The position numbers were made by a program, and so were the translations under genes. Below the pieces are notes generated by a model. The model saw only the letters and a list, made by a program, of their open reading frames with translations, had not been told where the DNA came from and made no database searches. DNA of 64,000 nucleotides from Promethearchaeota archaeon (GTDB lineage Archaea; Asgardarchaeota; Lokiarchaeia; Sigyniarchaeales; SOKP01). This document shows, one piece after another, positions 10,227 through 20,525 of this stretch. Numbering within the stretch: position 1 is the stretch's first letter; each line of letters starts with the position of its first letter. The DNA lies in NCBI GenBank assembly GCA_048941015.1, contig JBHLNZ010000002.1, positions 32,001 through 96,000 of the forward strand. The letters run 5' to 3'.

Positions 10227-10938
10227 AAAATTCGGTAATCTTCTTATTAGAAATTTCATCATTATAAATTCTTTTTGCTGTTTCCCAAGTTTTTCGCGTG
10301 AAAGGGGGAAGTTTTTTCTTACTTTTCACCCAATTTTGAATATATTTTACAGTTTTTTTATCGGATGGATATCCAGACCCAAAATCACCATATTGAAGTT
10401 TTAATTCCTCTATTAGTGAATCTCTTTTCTCTTTTGCAATAATTGAGGCAGCCGAAACAATTGGATAGATTTGATCTCCTTTATGTTTAGAGATGATCTT
10501 TTTTGGCTTATAGTTTAATAAATTTTTAATAGAGATTCCATATCTTTTTTCATTTACATCGGCAGCATCAATATATATCTCATCAGGTTTTAAAAGATTA
10601 ATAATTTCAGCCATCTTTGACTCTTCAAGTTTGTTGAGAGAAATTTTTCGTTCTTCTCTACTGTCAATCTCTTTAGCATTAACTATAATTATTTTATGAG
10701 AGTAACAATTATTTTTTATAATTTCAGCCATTTCTTTTCTTTTTCTAGGTGATAATTTTTTTGAATCTTTTACACCAATTTCTGATAATAAATTCAAATT
10801 AGTTTTAAAGTAACACACTCCACATAAAACCATAGGACCTAATACTGGGCCTCTTCCAGCCTCATCTATTCCACAGGTTAGAGTTAGATCATTTTTGAGA
10901 ATCTTGGATAAGCTCAATGAATTCTTCTTCATCATCAA
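10219..10938 (-). CDS. rnhB: Ribonuclease HII (true start possibly TTG at 10917)
   Basis: GIDEAGRGPVLGP, DSKKL, VSAASIIAK, GSGYPSD. Confidence 0.95.
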   Translation of the reverse strand: MMMKKNSLSLSKILKNDLTLTCGIDEAGRGPVLGPMVLCGVCYFKTNLNLLSEIGVKDSKKLSPRKRKEMAEIIKNNCYSHKIIIVNAKEIDSREERKISLNKLEESKMAEIINLLKPDEIYIDAADVNEKRYGISIKNLLNYKPKKIISKHKGDQIYPIVSAASIIAKEKRDSLIEELKLQYGDFGSGYPSDKKTVKYIQNWVKSKKKLPPFTRKTWETAKRIYNDEISNKKITEFFN

Positions 10939-11899
10939 TTTTTTCTAAATCTTTTACTTTTACAATAGGAATTGTTCGCTTTTTTAAAGTTTCAGATATT
11001 TTTACATTATTATTAATTATAAATAGAGAGTTCTTATGAAAGATGTTAGTAAAAGTTCTTAAACATTTAAGATTTAGTTCATTTATCTTCTTTTCTTCTT
11101 CAGAAAGTCCTGAAAAGACTGGATAAAAATCGCGTTCTAATATGCTATTTGGTTTTTTTGAATATAATGATAGCTTAAAAGGTATTGGTCCCTTTTTGTA
11201 CCAGTAAGCTGAAATACCAATATCACTAATTATAGTTTGAATATGAGATTCAAACTCATTTAATTCGTCTTTAAGAGAAGTTTTTACTTGATCAAAATCA
11301 AATTGGATATTCCATTCAAAAATGTTAATCTTCTTAAATATCTCACTATTTTGTAAGATTTCGCATATTTTATTAGCTACGGTCTCTGATGGTCTCATAT
11401 TTTCCGTTTCATATGCACATACTGTTCTTTTAGTGACTCCTAACTTATCTGATAAGTCTTTTCTACTTACTGATAATTTTTCTCTCAATGTCTTCATAAG
11501 ATCTCCATCAAGAAATATTACCCCACCACCCCGTTTTGCTAGGATATAGGGATATTTATTTTGGTTAAAAATATTTTCTAATGTATCTAATGAGATAAAT
11601 GGTAAATTTTCTCTTATATAAATTGTATTTTCTTCTAATCTATTGTATCTATTCCTAATTCCTATTAGAATTGGTTTTGATTTCAATAGTAAGGATAAAG
11701 ATTTTAGATCTCTTATTACATCAGGGTTAAGATTATCAATATTGGGAAAAACCTTTACACTAAAAAACAGATCATTTTTTTTTACTAAAAGATCAAAACA
11801 AAATTTATTTTTTTCATTAGCAAAATTTTCTAAAGCTAATGTTTCAAAATCAGCTTTTTTTAATATTTGATTGATTTTTTGGAGAATTTGCTCAGTCAT
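10889..11899 (-). CDS. Conserved archaeal XRE-HTH transcriptional regulator (COG1395-like)
   Basis: CFDLLVKK N-domain, AKRGG, HTH LREKLSVSRKDLSDKLGVTKRTVCAYE. Confidence 0.8.
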   Translation of the reverse strand: MTEQILQKINQILKKADFETLALENFANEKNKFCFDLLVKKNDLFFSVKVFPNIDNLNPDVIRDLKSLSLLLKSKPILIGIRNRYNRLEENTIYIRENLPFISLDTLENIFNQNKYPYILAKRGGGVIFLDGDLMKTLREKLSVSRKDLSDKLGVTKRTVCAYETENMRPSETVANKICEILQNSEIFKKINIFEWNIQFDFDQVKTSLKDELNEFESHIQTIISDIGISAYWYKKGPIPFKLSLYSKKPNSILERDFYPVFSGLSEEEKKINELNLKCLRTFTNIFHKNSLFIINNNVKISETLKKRTIPIVKVKDLEKIDDEEEFIELIQDSQK

Positions 11900-12026
11900 T
11901 AATTTCCATATTGTAAATGTTTAATATTATAAAAAAACTTTTTTGTTAATTCAAATATCTAAATTAGACTATTTAATTTAATTCAAAAATTATATTTAGT
12001 TAATGATTTTTATCCTACAATTTTTA

Positions 12027-12590
12027 TTATCTACTAGAAAGCTTTAGGAAATCAGAATCGGTGATAATACCAATATACTTATCAAATTCTTTAACCAAAA
12101 CTGCTGGATAATTTAGTAATAGGTTAGATATATCTTTCACGTTCCAACTTTTTTCAACTTCTGGAAATGGTAATTCTTTTATTTGCATTACTTCGACATT
12201 TATTATATCTGGATTATCTGTTATTAGTTTCTGAATTTTTTTTGAAGTAACGCTTCCTAAATTTTGGTTATCTATGATAGGTAACTGAGAAATACTATAT
12301 TCACTCATAATATTAATTGCTTCTTTCACTTTTGAGCTTGGTTTTATTGATCTAATAATCTTAGTCATTAAATCTGCAGCTGTAACTTCTGGTTTTTTCC
12401 TTATCATACTTTCATTTTCTAAATACTCAAAGATTAACTTAAATTTAGAATAGGGTGGATCCATTGTCCCATTCTCAATTCTTGATATTGTTGATTGAGG
12501 TAATCCTAACTTATTACCTAATTCTTTTTGACTAATATTTAGACTTTTCCTCAAAGATTTTATTTCTGATAGATCAGGTAAAATATTCAT
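12027..12590 (-). CDS. XRE-HTH + CBS-pair transcriptional regulator
   Basis: LRKSLNISQKELGNKLGLPQSTISRIENGTMDP followed by two CBS repeats (ISQLPII, GIITDSDFL). Confidence 0.88.
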   Translation of the reverse strand: MNILPDLSEIKSLRKSLNISQKELGNKLGLPQSTISRIENGTMDPPYSKFKLIFEYLENESMIRKKPEVTAADLMTKIIRSIKPSSKVKEAINIMSEYSISQLPIIDNQNLGSVTSKKIQKLITDNPDIINVEVMQIKELPFPEVEKSWNVKDISNLLLNYPAVLVKEFDKYIGIITDSDFLKLSSR

Positions 12591-12735
12591 CTTATACGTA
12601 AAGTTTATTTATCATTTTTTTAGCGCATATTCAATGCTTTTCCAGCATAAAATTTTTAATAATTATTTTAATTAATCATTAATTTAAAAACATACTTAAA
12701 ATAACTTTTTATTTAAACAAGTAGTTGGTTTAGCG

Positions 12736-13983
12736 ATGTTAAAAATTAATCAATGGGATCTAAAATTTGCTGTGGAACACTCGGATTTCCCTGAAATTGT
12801 TGAACGAAAAGGAATAGGGCATCCTGACAGTGTATGTGACGCAGTTGCGGATGCTTGTTCGAGAGCTTTATGTGTATATTATTTAGAGCATTATGGAAGA
12901 GTATATCACCATAATGTTGATAAAGCAGCGTTAGTTGGGGGAACTGCCAAACCAGAATTCGGCGGTGGTATGATTATTCAGCCACAATATTTTCTAATTG
13001 TTGGACGGGCAATAAATCAGATTTTAGTAGAATGTGGCGAAGGAAAAAGTAAATTGGAGTACATACCAATTCCAACAATTTGTATTGATACACAGAGAAA
13101 GGTACTGTCTAGTATTTTTAGAAATCTTGACCTTGAAAAGGATATTCAATTTGATTATGCTGTCAGGCCAGGCTCGATAGATTTAACTGGAGTTTTTGAT
13201 GAATCTCATCATTCAGAAGAAGTTCCTTTAGCAAACGATACTAGTTTTGGTGTAGGTTATGCACCCTATTCAGATGCAGAGAAGATTACACTTGAGGCTG
13301 AAAGACTTATAAATTCACCCGCTTTTAAAGATAAGTGTAAAGGTTCAGGCGAAGATGTAAAAGTTATGACGGAAAGAGTAGGGAATAAAGTTGGAATCAC
13401 AGTTGCCGCTGCTATGGTAAGTAGATACATTAATGATATTGATGAATATGTTAGTTATACGAATCAGATTAAAGATGCAGTGCTTGATTTGGCGACGAGA
13501 ATTATACCTGAAAGAGAAGTCACAGTTCAAGTAAATGTTGCCGATATATTAGAAAAAAATTTAATTTATTTGACTATTACAGGAACTTCCGCAGAAGCTG
13601 GAGATGATGGAGAAGTAGGGCGTGGAAATCGATCGAATGGATTAATTACTCCCTGCAGAACCATGAGTTTAGAAGCAGTATGTGGTAAAAATCCTATTAA
13701 TCATGTAGGAAAAATTTATAATGTGCTCGCCCATAATATGGCAAAAGAAATAGTAAATAGAGGGAGTGGTGATATTATTGAGGCACATGTTAAACTCCTG
13801 TCTCAAATTGGTCGACCAATAAATGATCCCTGGATCAATTCTATAAGTTTAATTGGAGCTCAAAATGTAAATTTTTCTAGCATCGAGAAAATTGCCAAGG
13901 AAGTTTCTGATGAATTCTTAGACAAGGATCACTTAATTCAATTGAGAAAAGATCTTATCGCAGGTAAAGAACAAGTATTTTAG
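12736..13983 (+). CDS. mat: Archaeal S-adenosylmethionine synthetase
   Basis: [47 protein letters not shown]. Confidence 0.95.
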   Translation: MLKINQWDLKFAVEHSDFPEIVERKGIGHPDSVCDAVADACSRALCVYYLEHYGRVYHHNVDKAALVGGTAKPEFGGGMIIQPQYFLIVGRAINQILVECGEGKSKLEYIPIPTICIDTQRKVLSSIFRNLDLEKDIQFDYAVRPGSIDLTGVFDESHHSEEVPLANDTSFGVGYAPYSDAEKITLEAERLINSPAFKDKCKGSGEDVKVMTERVGNKVGITVAAAMVSRYINDIDEYVSYTNQIKDAVLDLATRIIPEREVTVQVNVADILEKNLIYLTITGTSAEAGDDGEVGRGNRSNGLITPCRTMSLEAVCGKNPINHVGKIYNVLAHNMAKEIVNRGSGDIIEAHVKLLSQIGRPINDPWINSISLIGAQNVNFSSIEKIAKEVSDEFLDKDHLIQLRKDLIAGKEQVF

Positions 13984-14159
13984 TAAAATATCGTTAATAA
14001 AATTCTTTTTTCTATCTTTTTTTTATTATATAAATTTATTATTATTCTATGATATAAATTAATAATACAACATTAACAAAATTAAGTATCTAATTAAAGA
14101 AATTAAAATACAATGTCTTTAATTTCATAATTTCAGTTTTTAATCAACGTGGTATAATT

Positions 14160-14396
14160 TTGGGCTTGGATAAGTGGATAAAAACAGATAGAGAAGAAAA
14201 AAAATCTGATAAAAAACCTAAAAGTCAAAAGATTAAACAAGCTAATCAAGTTAAACAATCAGAGAGTCCGTTAAAGCTATCAAAGTACATCTTATTATGT
14301 ACCAAATGTAAATATCAAAAGATACTTATGAAAAAAGATTTAGAAGAAAATGATAGAATCTGCCCAAAATGTAAAAATAAGATGAAAATTAAATAA
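14160..14396 (+). CDS. Small Zn-ribbon protein
   Basis: CTKC...CPKC pair, basic N-terminus, TTG start. Confidence 0.6.
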   Translation: MGLDKWIKTDREEKKSDKKPKSQKIKQANQVKQSESPLKLSKYILLCTKCKYQKILMKKDLEENDRICPKCKNKMKIK

Positions 14397-14399
14397 AAT

Positions 14400-14642
14400 T
14401 TAAATGTTTTTATCTATATCTGAAGGATTTAATTCAGGTAGGTTATTTAAATCAAATTTAGTTTCACAATTAGGACATCTATCTTTCTTTTTGCTATATT
14501 TAAGTATGAGATAAAGAAAAAAACCTAACCCGCATGTTAAAAGAACACTAAAACATAATATTTCGTGGTATATATGTTCAAAATTCTTTCTTCTTAACTC
14601 CACAACATGTTCGCAGGTTGGACAATAAACTTTATGACCCAT
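14400..14642 (-). CDS. LITAF-like membrane-associated zinc-ribbon protein
   Basis: CPTC, then a hydrophobic stretch ILCFSVLLTCGLGFFLYLIL, then CPNC. Confidence 0.6.
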   Translation of the reverse strand: MGHKVYCPTCEHVVELRRKNFEHIYHEILCFSVLLTCGLGFFLYLILKYSKKKDRCPNCETKFDLNNLPELNPSDIDKNI

Positions 14643-14785
14643 AATTTAATAAAATTATTCTTTAAATTAATTATCAATTGATTTTATTGTATCATTATCA
14701 AGTAAATTTATTTAATAAAGCAATTATTATTTTTGTAATTTATTTTCAATAAATTTTAATTTTTTCTTATTATTTTAAACGGTAA

Positions 14786-14920
14786 TTATTCTTCTTTCTT
14801 TTTTTTTGAAAGATCCGTTAATATATTCCAAGTACTGCTAACACCTAATTCTTTTAACTTTTTTCTTTCAGTTTCTATATCTTCATTTTTTTCTTCTTTT
14901 TCTTCTCTCAATATCATCAT
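14786..14920 (-). CDS. Putative 44-aa charged microprotein
   Basis: Manual translation MMILREEKEEKNEDIETERKKLKELGVSSTWNILTDLSKKKKEE*; fills an otherwise empty gap. Confidence 0.4.
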   Translation of the reverse strand: MMILREEKEEKNEDIETERKKLKELGVSSTWNILTDLSKKKKEE

Positions 14921-15040
14921 CTATAATAAGATTATAATAATTAATATCTTGCAAAATAATAAAAGTATAAACTAAATATTATTAATCTTTACTTTTATAT
15001 CACTTATAAGATCATTTTATTTAGTGTATATTTCATTCAT

Positions 15041-16048
15041 ATGGAGGATTATAATTTGCCAATATGTTATCATTGCGGGAGAGAGATCTCCGATTTTATT
15101 GTCTGTGCTGAGTGTGGCCAAACTTATTGTTCTATTCATAGTGATCCTGTCGATCATGAATGCAAAATAGTAAAAGAAACTCTTCAACCACAGATAATTT
15201 CACCAAATAGACCATTATATCAAGAACCTAATATCACTCAATATCAGCACCAATATCCACAATCATACCAAACAAGTTCAGTTGAACGTGGTACAACTGA
15301 TGGAACGTATACATGGTATCGTCAAGAACATCAAGTTCCTCCTAATGCTTTTGATCCTGAGTCTGGAATTGAGTTTAAAGGCATACTATTATCTCATAAA
15401 TCAGAATTATTTCATTTTTTGATAGGGTGTAGCTTAATTTTCATAATAGGCTTGTTAAATTTCTATGATCCCCAGTTATTTACCCTAGGTTATGGATGGT
15501 CTTTATTTATGCTCGCAGGTTTTTATATGACTGCTTTTCTTTTCCATGAATTAGGGCATCGTCAAACTGCTTTACATTTCGGATTGCAGACAAAATTTAG
15601 GCTTCTTACTTTTGGAATGTTGATAACCGTTATCGGCTTAATTTCTGGATTAATGAGATTTTTTACTGGTTCTACACTTTTGCCTTCTTTAGCATTACCA
15701 GGAGCGGTTGTTGTTCTTGGTTTGGATAAAATAGATAGAAAAACTGGATTATGCAAAACAGCTGGCCCTTTAGTGAATCTTATATTCGGTACCGGATTGT
15801 TTATTATTTCTTTTGTTATTCCAAAAGCATTGTATCCACTAAATTATTTCTTTGGATTAGCAGCTTATTTAAATTATATGCTGGGCACCTTTAACATGAT
15901 CCCCATAGGAATTTTAGATGGACAAAATATATGGAAATGGAATAAAAAAGTCTATATTGCATTAATGCTTTCATTAGCTACTCTGGTTGTTACAACAGGG
16001 ATAATTATATATACTCCTTTAGGAATAGATTTTTATTTTCCATTATAA
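15041..16048 (+). CDS. AN1-type Zn finger + site-2 (M50) intramembrane metalloprotease
   Basis: CYHC...CAEC..TYCSIH...DHEC; FHELGH (HExxH), AGPLVN, FNMIPIGILDG. Confidence 0.85.
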   Translation: MEDYNLPICYHCGREISDFIVCAECGQTYCSIHSDPVDHECKIVKETLQPQIISPNRPLYQEPNITQYQHQYPQSYQTSSVERGTTDGTYTWYRQEHQVPPNAFDPESGIEFKGILLSHKSELFHFLIGCSLIFIIGLLNFYDPQLFTLGYGWSLFMLAGFYMTAFLFHELGHRQTALHFGLQTKFRLLTFGMLITVIGLISGLMRFFTGSTLLPSLALPGAVVVLGLDKIDRKTGLCKTAGPLVNLIFGTGLFIISFVIPKALYPLNYFFGLAAYLNYMLGTFNMIPIGILDGQNIWKWNKKVYIALMLSLATLVVTTGIIIYTPLGIDFYFPL

Positions 16049-16198
16049 TATAATAATAAAATTATTTATTTTCTTATAATTAATAAAAGTTAACAAGATT
16101 TATACCTTAAAATATATAGATTAAAAAATTTAGTTGCATGTATTTAATGTATCATCAATATCTTATCTTAAGTATAAAATCCACGTTATAGAAAGATT

Positions 16199-17131
16199 AT
16201 GACATACTGTGAGCATTGTGGGGTAGAAATTGGATATTTACCATTTAAATGTAAATATTGTGGAGGTACATTTTGCAAAAAGCATAGACTTCCCGAAAAT
16301 CATCAATGTACCTTTGAATTAAAACACACTCCTGTTGTCCCTTCATCAAGTCGAGAATATTCAGCTAGAACGATTATAGAACCTGTTTCCCAAAAATATT
16401 TATCCAAAGGTCCTCGTGAATTAAAAAAGTATTTAAAAAGACAGGAAAAGCAAAGAAGATACACAATAAGGAGTTATTCAGGAAGAAAGGCAGGAGCAAT
16501 ACGTAATAAGGGAACAAAAATATTAGTTGGTTTGATTATCATCTTCTCAATTATGGGTCTAATTTTTGAAGGTTTTGGTGTCCCTCAATATATATTTTTA
16601 AGTTTAAGTGGGCTAATTATTAATTTTACTTTCCACACTATAATTACATCCTTATTTATTGCACAAACAAGTATTTTTTGGATTTTCTTTCTTTTAATTA
16701 TGATTTATTTTTTGTATATAATTGCTAGAAACATTGAATTAACATATGGTACTTCCTTTCTAATCAAGTTATACTTAATTTGTACATTATTATCAGCTTT
16801 GTTTTATATATTATTAAGATTAGCTTTAATTCCTTTCAATTATCCTTTAACCTTTCGATATGATTATGTTGGATTAGCATGGGGGGGTATTTTAGGGTTA
16901 ATTTCATATTCGATATTTCCAGCAATGAATAGAGAAATTACTGCGCTAATGTATTTTTTTCCAATTAGATTGAAAGGAAAAACATTTCTATATATTATTA
17001 TATTAATTAGACTTATACCAGGTTTATTGTTTGCATTATTTGCTCCATTTTATTTATGGATGTATTTACCGGATTTAGGAGGGATTCTGGGGGCATATAT
17101 CGTCTTTAAATATCAAAAAGCAAGCCGTTAA
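16199..17131 (+). CDS. AN1-type Zn finger + rhomboid-like pseudoprotease
   Basis: [28 protein letters not shown]; about 6 TM helices with rhomboid layout, but GLAWGG replaces GxSG and PDLGG replaces HLGG. Confidence 0.75.
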   Translation: MTYCEHCGVEIGYLPFKCKYCGGTFCKKHRLPENHQCTFELKHTPVVPSSSREYSARTIIEPVSQKYLSKGPRELKKYLKRQEKQRRYTIRSYSGRKAGAIRNKGTKILVGLIIIFSIMGLIFEGFGVPQYIFLSLSGLIINFTFHTIITSLFIAQTSIFWIFFLLIMIYFLYIIARNIELTYGTSFLIKLYLICTLLSALFYILLRLALIPFNYPLTFRYDYVGLAWGGILGLISYSIFPAMNREITALMYFFPIRLKGKTFLYIIILIRLIPGLLFALFAPFYLWMYLPDLGGILGAYIVFKYQKASR

Positions 17132-17223
17132 TTAAATCTCGTTCGAATATTTCCATAAAAAATATGAAGTAAAAATCCTTTACTTTTTTAGATTAACAAA
17201 TATTAAATATTAGGATAATTGAC

Positions 17224-17880
17224 ATGTCTGAAAAAGAAGTCTTAAAAATTATTGAGTTAAACGAGGATTTAATAGAGAATAATGAAATACTAGCAAAAAA
17301 AAATAAAGAAATTTTTACGAAAAATAAGATTAATTCATTTGATATAGTTGGCGCTATAGGAGCTGGAAAAACAGCGCTTATTGAAGCTATTGTAAAACAG
17401 AAATCTAAAGAGAAAAAAATCCTCGTCATAAATGGTGATGTTGCTACAAGAATCGATGCGGATAGAATTGAAAAACATGGAGTAAAAACAATTCAAATTA
17501 ATACTGGAAGAGAGTGTGCATTAAATTCATATCATATTTCCCAAGTTTTAAAAAATTTTGATATAAGCAGATATGATACCGTATTTATAGAAAATGTCGG
17601 CAATTTGATCTGTCCATCAGATTTTATTTTAGGTACAGATAAGCGTGTTGTAGTTGTTTCAATAACAGAAGGTCCATGGGTTATTCGAAAACACCCGATG
17701 TTATTTAAATATTCAGACATAGCAGTAATTAATAAAATAGATTTAAGTGATGTAATGGAAGTTGATATTAAAGAAATGATAAATGATGCTAAGGAAATTA
17801 ATCCAAATCTCAAAATAATTACAACAAGCACAGTAACTGGAGAAAATGTCGATAAATTAATAGAACTATTATTTTCCTAA
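17224..17880 (+). CDS. hypB: Hydrogenase nickel incorporation GTPase HypB
   Basis: GAIGAGKT, INTGREC, IENVGNLICP, INKID. Confidence 0.9.
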   Translation: MSEKEVLKIIELNEDLIENNEILAKKNKEIFTKNKINSFDIVGAIGAGKTALIEAIVKQKSKEKKILVINGDVATRIDADRIEKHGVKTIQINTGRECALNSYHISQVLKNFDISRYDTVFIENVGNLICPSDFILGTDKRVVVVSITEGPWVIRKHPMLFKYSDIAVINKIDLSDVMEVDIKEMINDAKEINPNLKIITTSTVTGENVDKLIELLFS

Positions 17881-17965
17881 TAAAAAAGTAAAATTGATAT
17901 AATCAAGACAGATTATGAATTAAAAGAATCATAATTTAAATTAAAAATAAAATCTCTGATAAAAG

Positions 17966-18394
17966 ATGAGCTTAAGACAATATAATACTGAATTAGGACT
18001 ACTTATTGATAAAATAGTAAAAGTATATTTAGATCAAGATAAATTCTTTGTAGGTCAATTAAAAGGAGTTTCAGAAGATTCTAACCTTATTATTGTAAAT
18101 GCGAAGAATGAAAAAAATAAAGTATTTCCGAAGATTTTGATAAGGTCTTCTTATTATAATTACGTAACTGTTGAAGAGGAACCATTTCCTATGAAAGCTT
18201 TAGCAGATAGAATTGCAACAATCTTTTCAAAAGGCCATGTAAACTACATTGAGGACCAAAATATTATTTCTATTTTAAATGGTAAAATTATTGTTGATGA
18301 AGAAGGAGTAAGAGGATCTGGTCCATCTGCTGATAGGGTTAAAAAAATATTCGAACAATTTAGAATGGATTTAGAAAATCCATCAGAAGAATAA
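17966..18394 (+). CDS. Sm/Lsm protein with C-terminal domain (SmAP3-like)
   Basis: Sm fold (KIVKVYLDQDKFFVGQLKGVSEDSNLII...ILIR) plus a C-terminal domain ending GVRGSGPSADRVKKIF. Confidence 0.8.
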   Translation: MSLRQYNTELGLLIDKIVKVYLDQDKFFVGQLKGVSEDSNLIIVNAKNEKNKVFPKILIRSSYYNYVTVEEEPFPMKALADRIATIFSKGHVNYIEDQNIISILNGKIIVDEEGVRGSGPSADRVKKIFEQFRMDLENPSEE

Positions 18395-18409
18395 TTTTTT
18401 TTATTAATT

Positions 18410-18928
18410 CTATTTTTCTTTAAAAATATCTAATAAGTTCTTCAATGTTAAATCATCTATTACATTTTTTAAAACGGCCTTTCCTATTGGTGTGACTTTA
18501 ATCAATCCTAAATCTTTCAATTCACGTAAATAGTCCTTTTGAATTAGGAAATTGATATCAGAAGCCCATACTTCAGAAAAAATTTCTTTTAAGTCACTAA
18601 TTTTTATGTTTTCATCAATTTCTTTACTTAAAGCTACTATTAAAGCTAAAGTACCATATTGCGAAGGTGTAATGTCATCATCTTTTCCATTAGTGGCTAA
18701 TACATAGAATTTTTGATCTAAAAATTTCGAGGTGACAATTTCAAATCCAATCTTTTTCAAATTCAAGTAAATACTATTAATAATATCTTCGAAGTTAAAA
18801 TTCTTGGATAAATTTCTTAGATCTTCTTCTCTTATCATTTTTTGGGGACTTGTTAATATCAATCTTGTTATTTGCTCAACAGTTTCTTCAAAATTAGTAT
18901 TTTCCATATTTAGCTCATTCATTCTCAT
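18410..18928 (-). CDS. Tandem winged-helix protein, Nse1/Nse3(MAGE)/KITE-like
   Basis: WH-A: FEDIINSIYLNLKKIGFEIV...KFYVLATN; WH-B: GTLALIVAL...FLIQKDYL...IKVTPIGKAVL; overlaps the SMC-like gene. Confidence 0.55.
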   Translation of the reverse strand: MRMNELNMENTNFEETVEQITRLILTSPQKMIREEDLRNLSKNFNFEDIINSIYLNLKKIGFEIVTSKFLDQKFYVLATNGKDDDITPSQYGTLALIVALSKEIDENIKISDLKEIFSEVWASDINFLIQKDYLRELKDLGLIKVTPIGKAVLKNVIDDLTLKNLLDIFKEK

Positions 18929-20510
18929 TAATTTTTATTATTTTTAAATTCTTAATTTTATCTTTTAGTTCAATATTAGATAAAATAAAGATTAGATTAA
19001 ATTGAGTTAGATTATTTTTAACCTCAAATTGTGGTAATATTTTTTTCATTGTTCTTATTAGAGAGCCTCTTTTATTATAAATAGGGGGAAGAAATAAATT
19101 AGAGAATAAAATGTTTTCACTTCTAATTAATACTTTTATAGAAACATATAAAGTTATAACAAAAAATATTTTTTCTGGAGTTGTTAATTGTTCGAAGTAA
19201 ATTTGTTCCTTATTATTTCTTATAAAAGTCAATAAAATGAAGAAATTCTGTGAATTTTCTTCAATGGTTATCTCAAGATTGACTGATAAATTTATTTCAT
19301 TTAAAAAGGTTTTCAATAAAACTTCTAAATCTTGAATAAGAATTTCAATTTTTCTAAAACTTTCAAGTGAGGTTTTTGTGTTATTTTCATTAAAGCTAAT
19401 TTTTGTTTTACTTAATTCGTTAATTTTCTTTTCTATCTTTTTTAATTCACTTTTTATTGATGATAAATCAAATAGGCATTCAGGATTATACAACTTACTT
19501 AACTTTTCAATCTTTTTTAACTCAATTTCTAATTCTTCAATTTCTTGCACGATAATAGTTGGATTTCTCACTGTTCTTGCTTTCATATCGCTTAAGTCAT
19601 TCATAATTTTAGCCTCGGAAGAATTCATTTCTTTTATAACTTCCTGCTGTAAAATTTTCATTTTTTTTTCATCATTTCGTATTGTTTCTAAGATTTTTTG
19701 GTAATCCGATTCATAAGTTAAAAATTGGGGTTCAATTTTCTGATATTTTTCTTTAGAGTTATCCAATTTTGTTTTAGTTTGATTAATCTGAGATTGAACT
19801 TCCTTTGCCTGTATTTGGAGATTTCTTATTCTTTGAGAATAAGACGTGGCTGAGTTTTTACCTGTTTCACTAGATGAGTCAATTTCCATATCACGAGTAA
19901 TTTTATTAATTTGACTAAAAAGATTTTTTCTTTTCGTAATTAAATTCTGGATCTGTTGATTATATTCATCAATTACTTTTTTTACTTGATCAAATTGATT
20001 ACTTATCTTTATAAAATCTTGTTCCAAGTATTTTGACTTATTTTTATTAAGCTTTATCGAATCATCTAATTTCTTTAATAAATCTTTTGTTGCTGCTAAA
20101 TCACTTAACTTTTGATACTTTCTCGAAAGTTCTAATTCCTCTAGCAAAATTTTCTTTGTTTTACTGAGTGTATTGATTTTAAAAATTAAAATTAATTCTT
20201 GGACAATTTGATGATATTGACTTATTATTTCGAGATTTTTCATACTTGTATTATTAAATTTTTTTAAAAAAGAAAGTAAATTTAAAGAGAGATGAATTTT
20301 TTCAAATTGTTCAGGAAGACTTTGTAATAAATGAATAAAGTCTTCTAAAGGAATTAATTCTATTTTATTTAGAATTTTTAAATATTGTTCATCAAAATCC
20401 TCGAGCAATTGATCTTTTTTGAATTTACCAAGAATTAAAGTATATTTATCTCTAATTTCTATTTCCTTTGATCCAATAGAAAGTATATTTTCATGAAGTT
20501 TAATTTTTAT
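18915..20510 (-). CDS. Short SMC/Rad50-like coiled-coil protein with degenerate ABC head motifs
   Basis: The frame is open upstream of the annotated TTG (20408) to the TAA at 20526-20528 and encodes IKIKLHENILSIGSKEIEIRDKYTLILGKFKKDQ (SMC N-terminus-like); long coiled coil; C-terminal EQLTTPEKIFFVITL resembles LSGGEK. Start uncertain (ATA 20510 / ATT 20504). Confidence 0.55.
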   Translation of the reverse strand: MKIKLHENILSIGSKEIEIRDKYTLILGKFKKDQLLEDFDEQYLKILNKIELIPLEDFIHLLQSLPEQFEKIHLSLNLLSFLKKFNNTSMKNLEIISQYHQIVQELILIFKINTLSKTKKILLEELELSRKYQKLSDLAATKDLLKKLDDSIKLNKNKSKYLEQDFIKISNQFDQVKKVIDEYNQQIQNLITKRKNLFSQINKITRDMEIDSSSETGKNSATSYSQRIRNLQIQAKEVQSQINQTKTKLDNSKEKYQKIEPQFLTYESDYQKILETIRNDEKKMKILQQEVIKEMNSSEAKIMNDLSDMKARTVRNPTIIVQEIEELEIELKKIEKLSKLYNPECLFDLSSIKSELKKIEKKINELSKTKISFNENNTKTSLESFRKIEILIQDLEVLLKTFLNEINLSVNLEITIEENSQNFFILLTFIRNNKEQIYFEQLTTPEKIFFVITLYVSIKVLIRSENILFSNLFLPPIYNKRGSLIRTMKKILPQFEVKNNLTQFNLIFILSNIELKDKIKNLKIIKINENE

Positions 20511-20525
20511 TTCACTTCTACTTTG

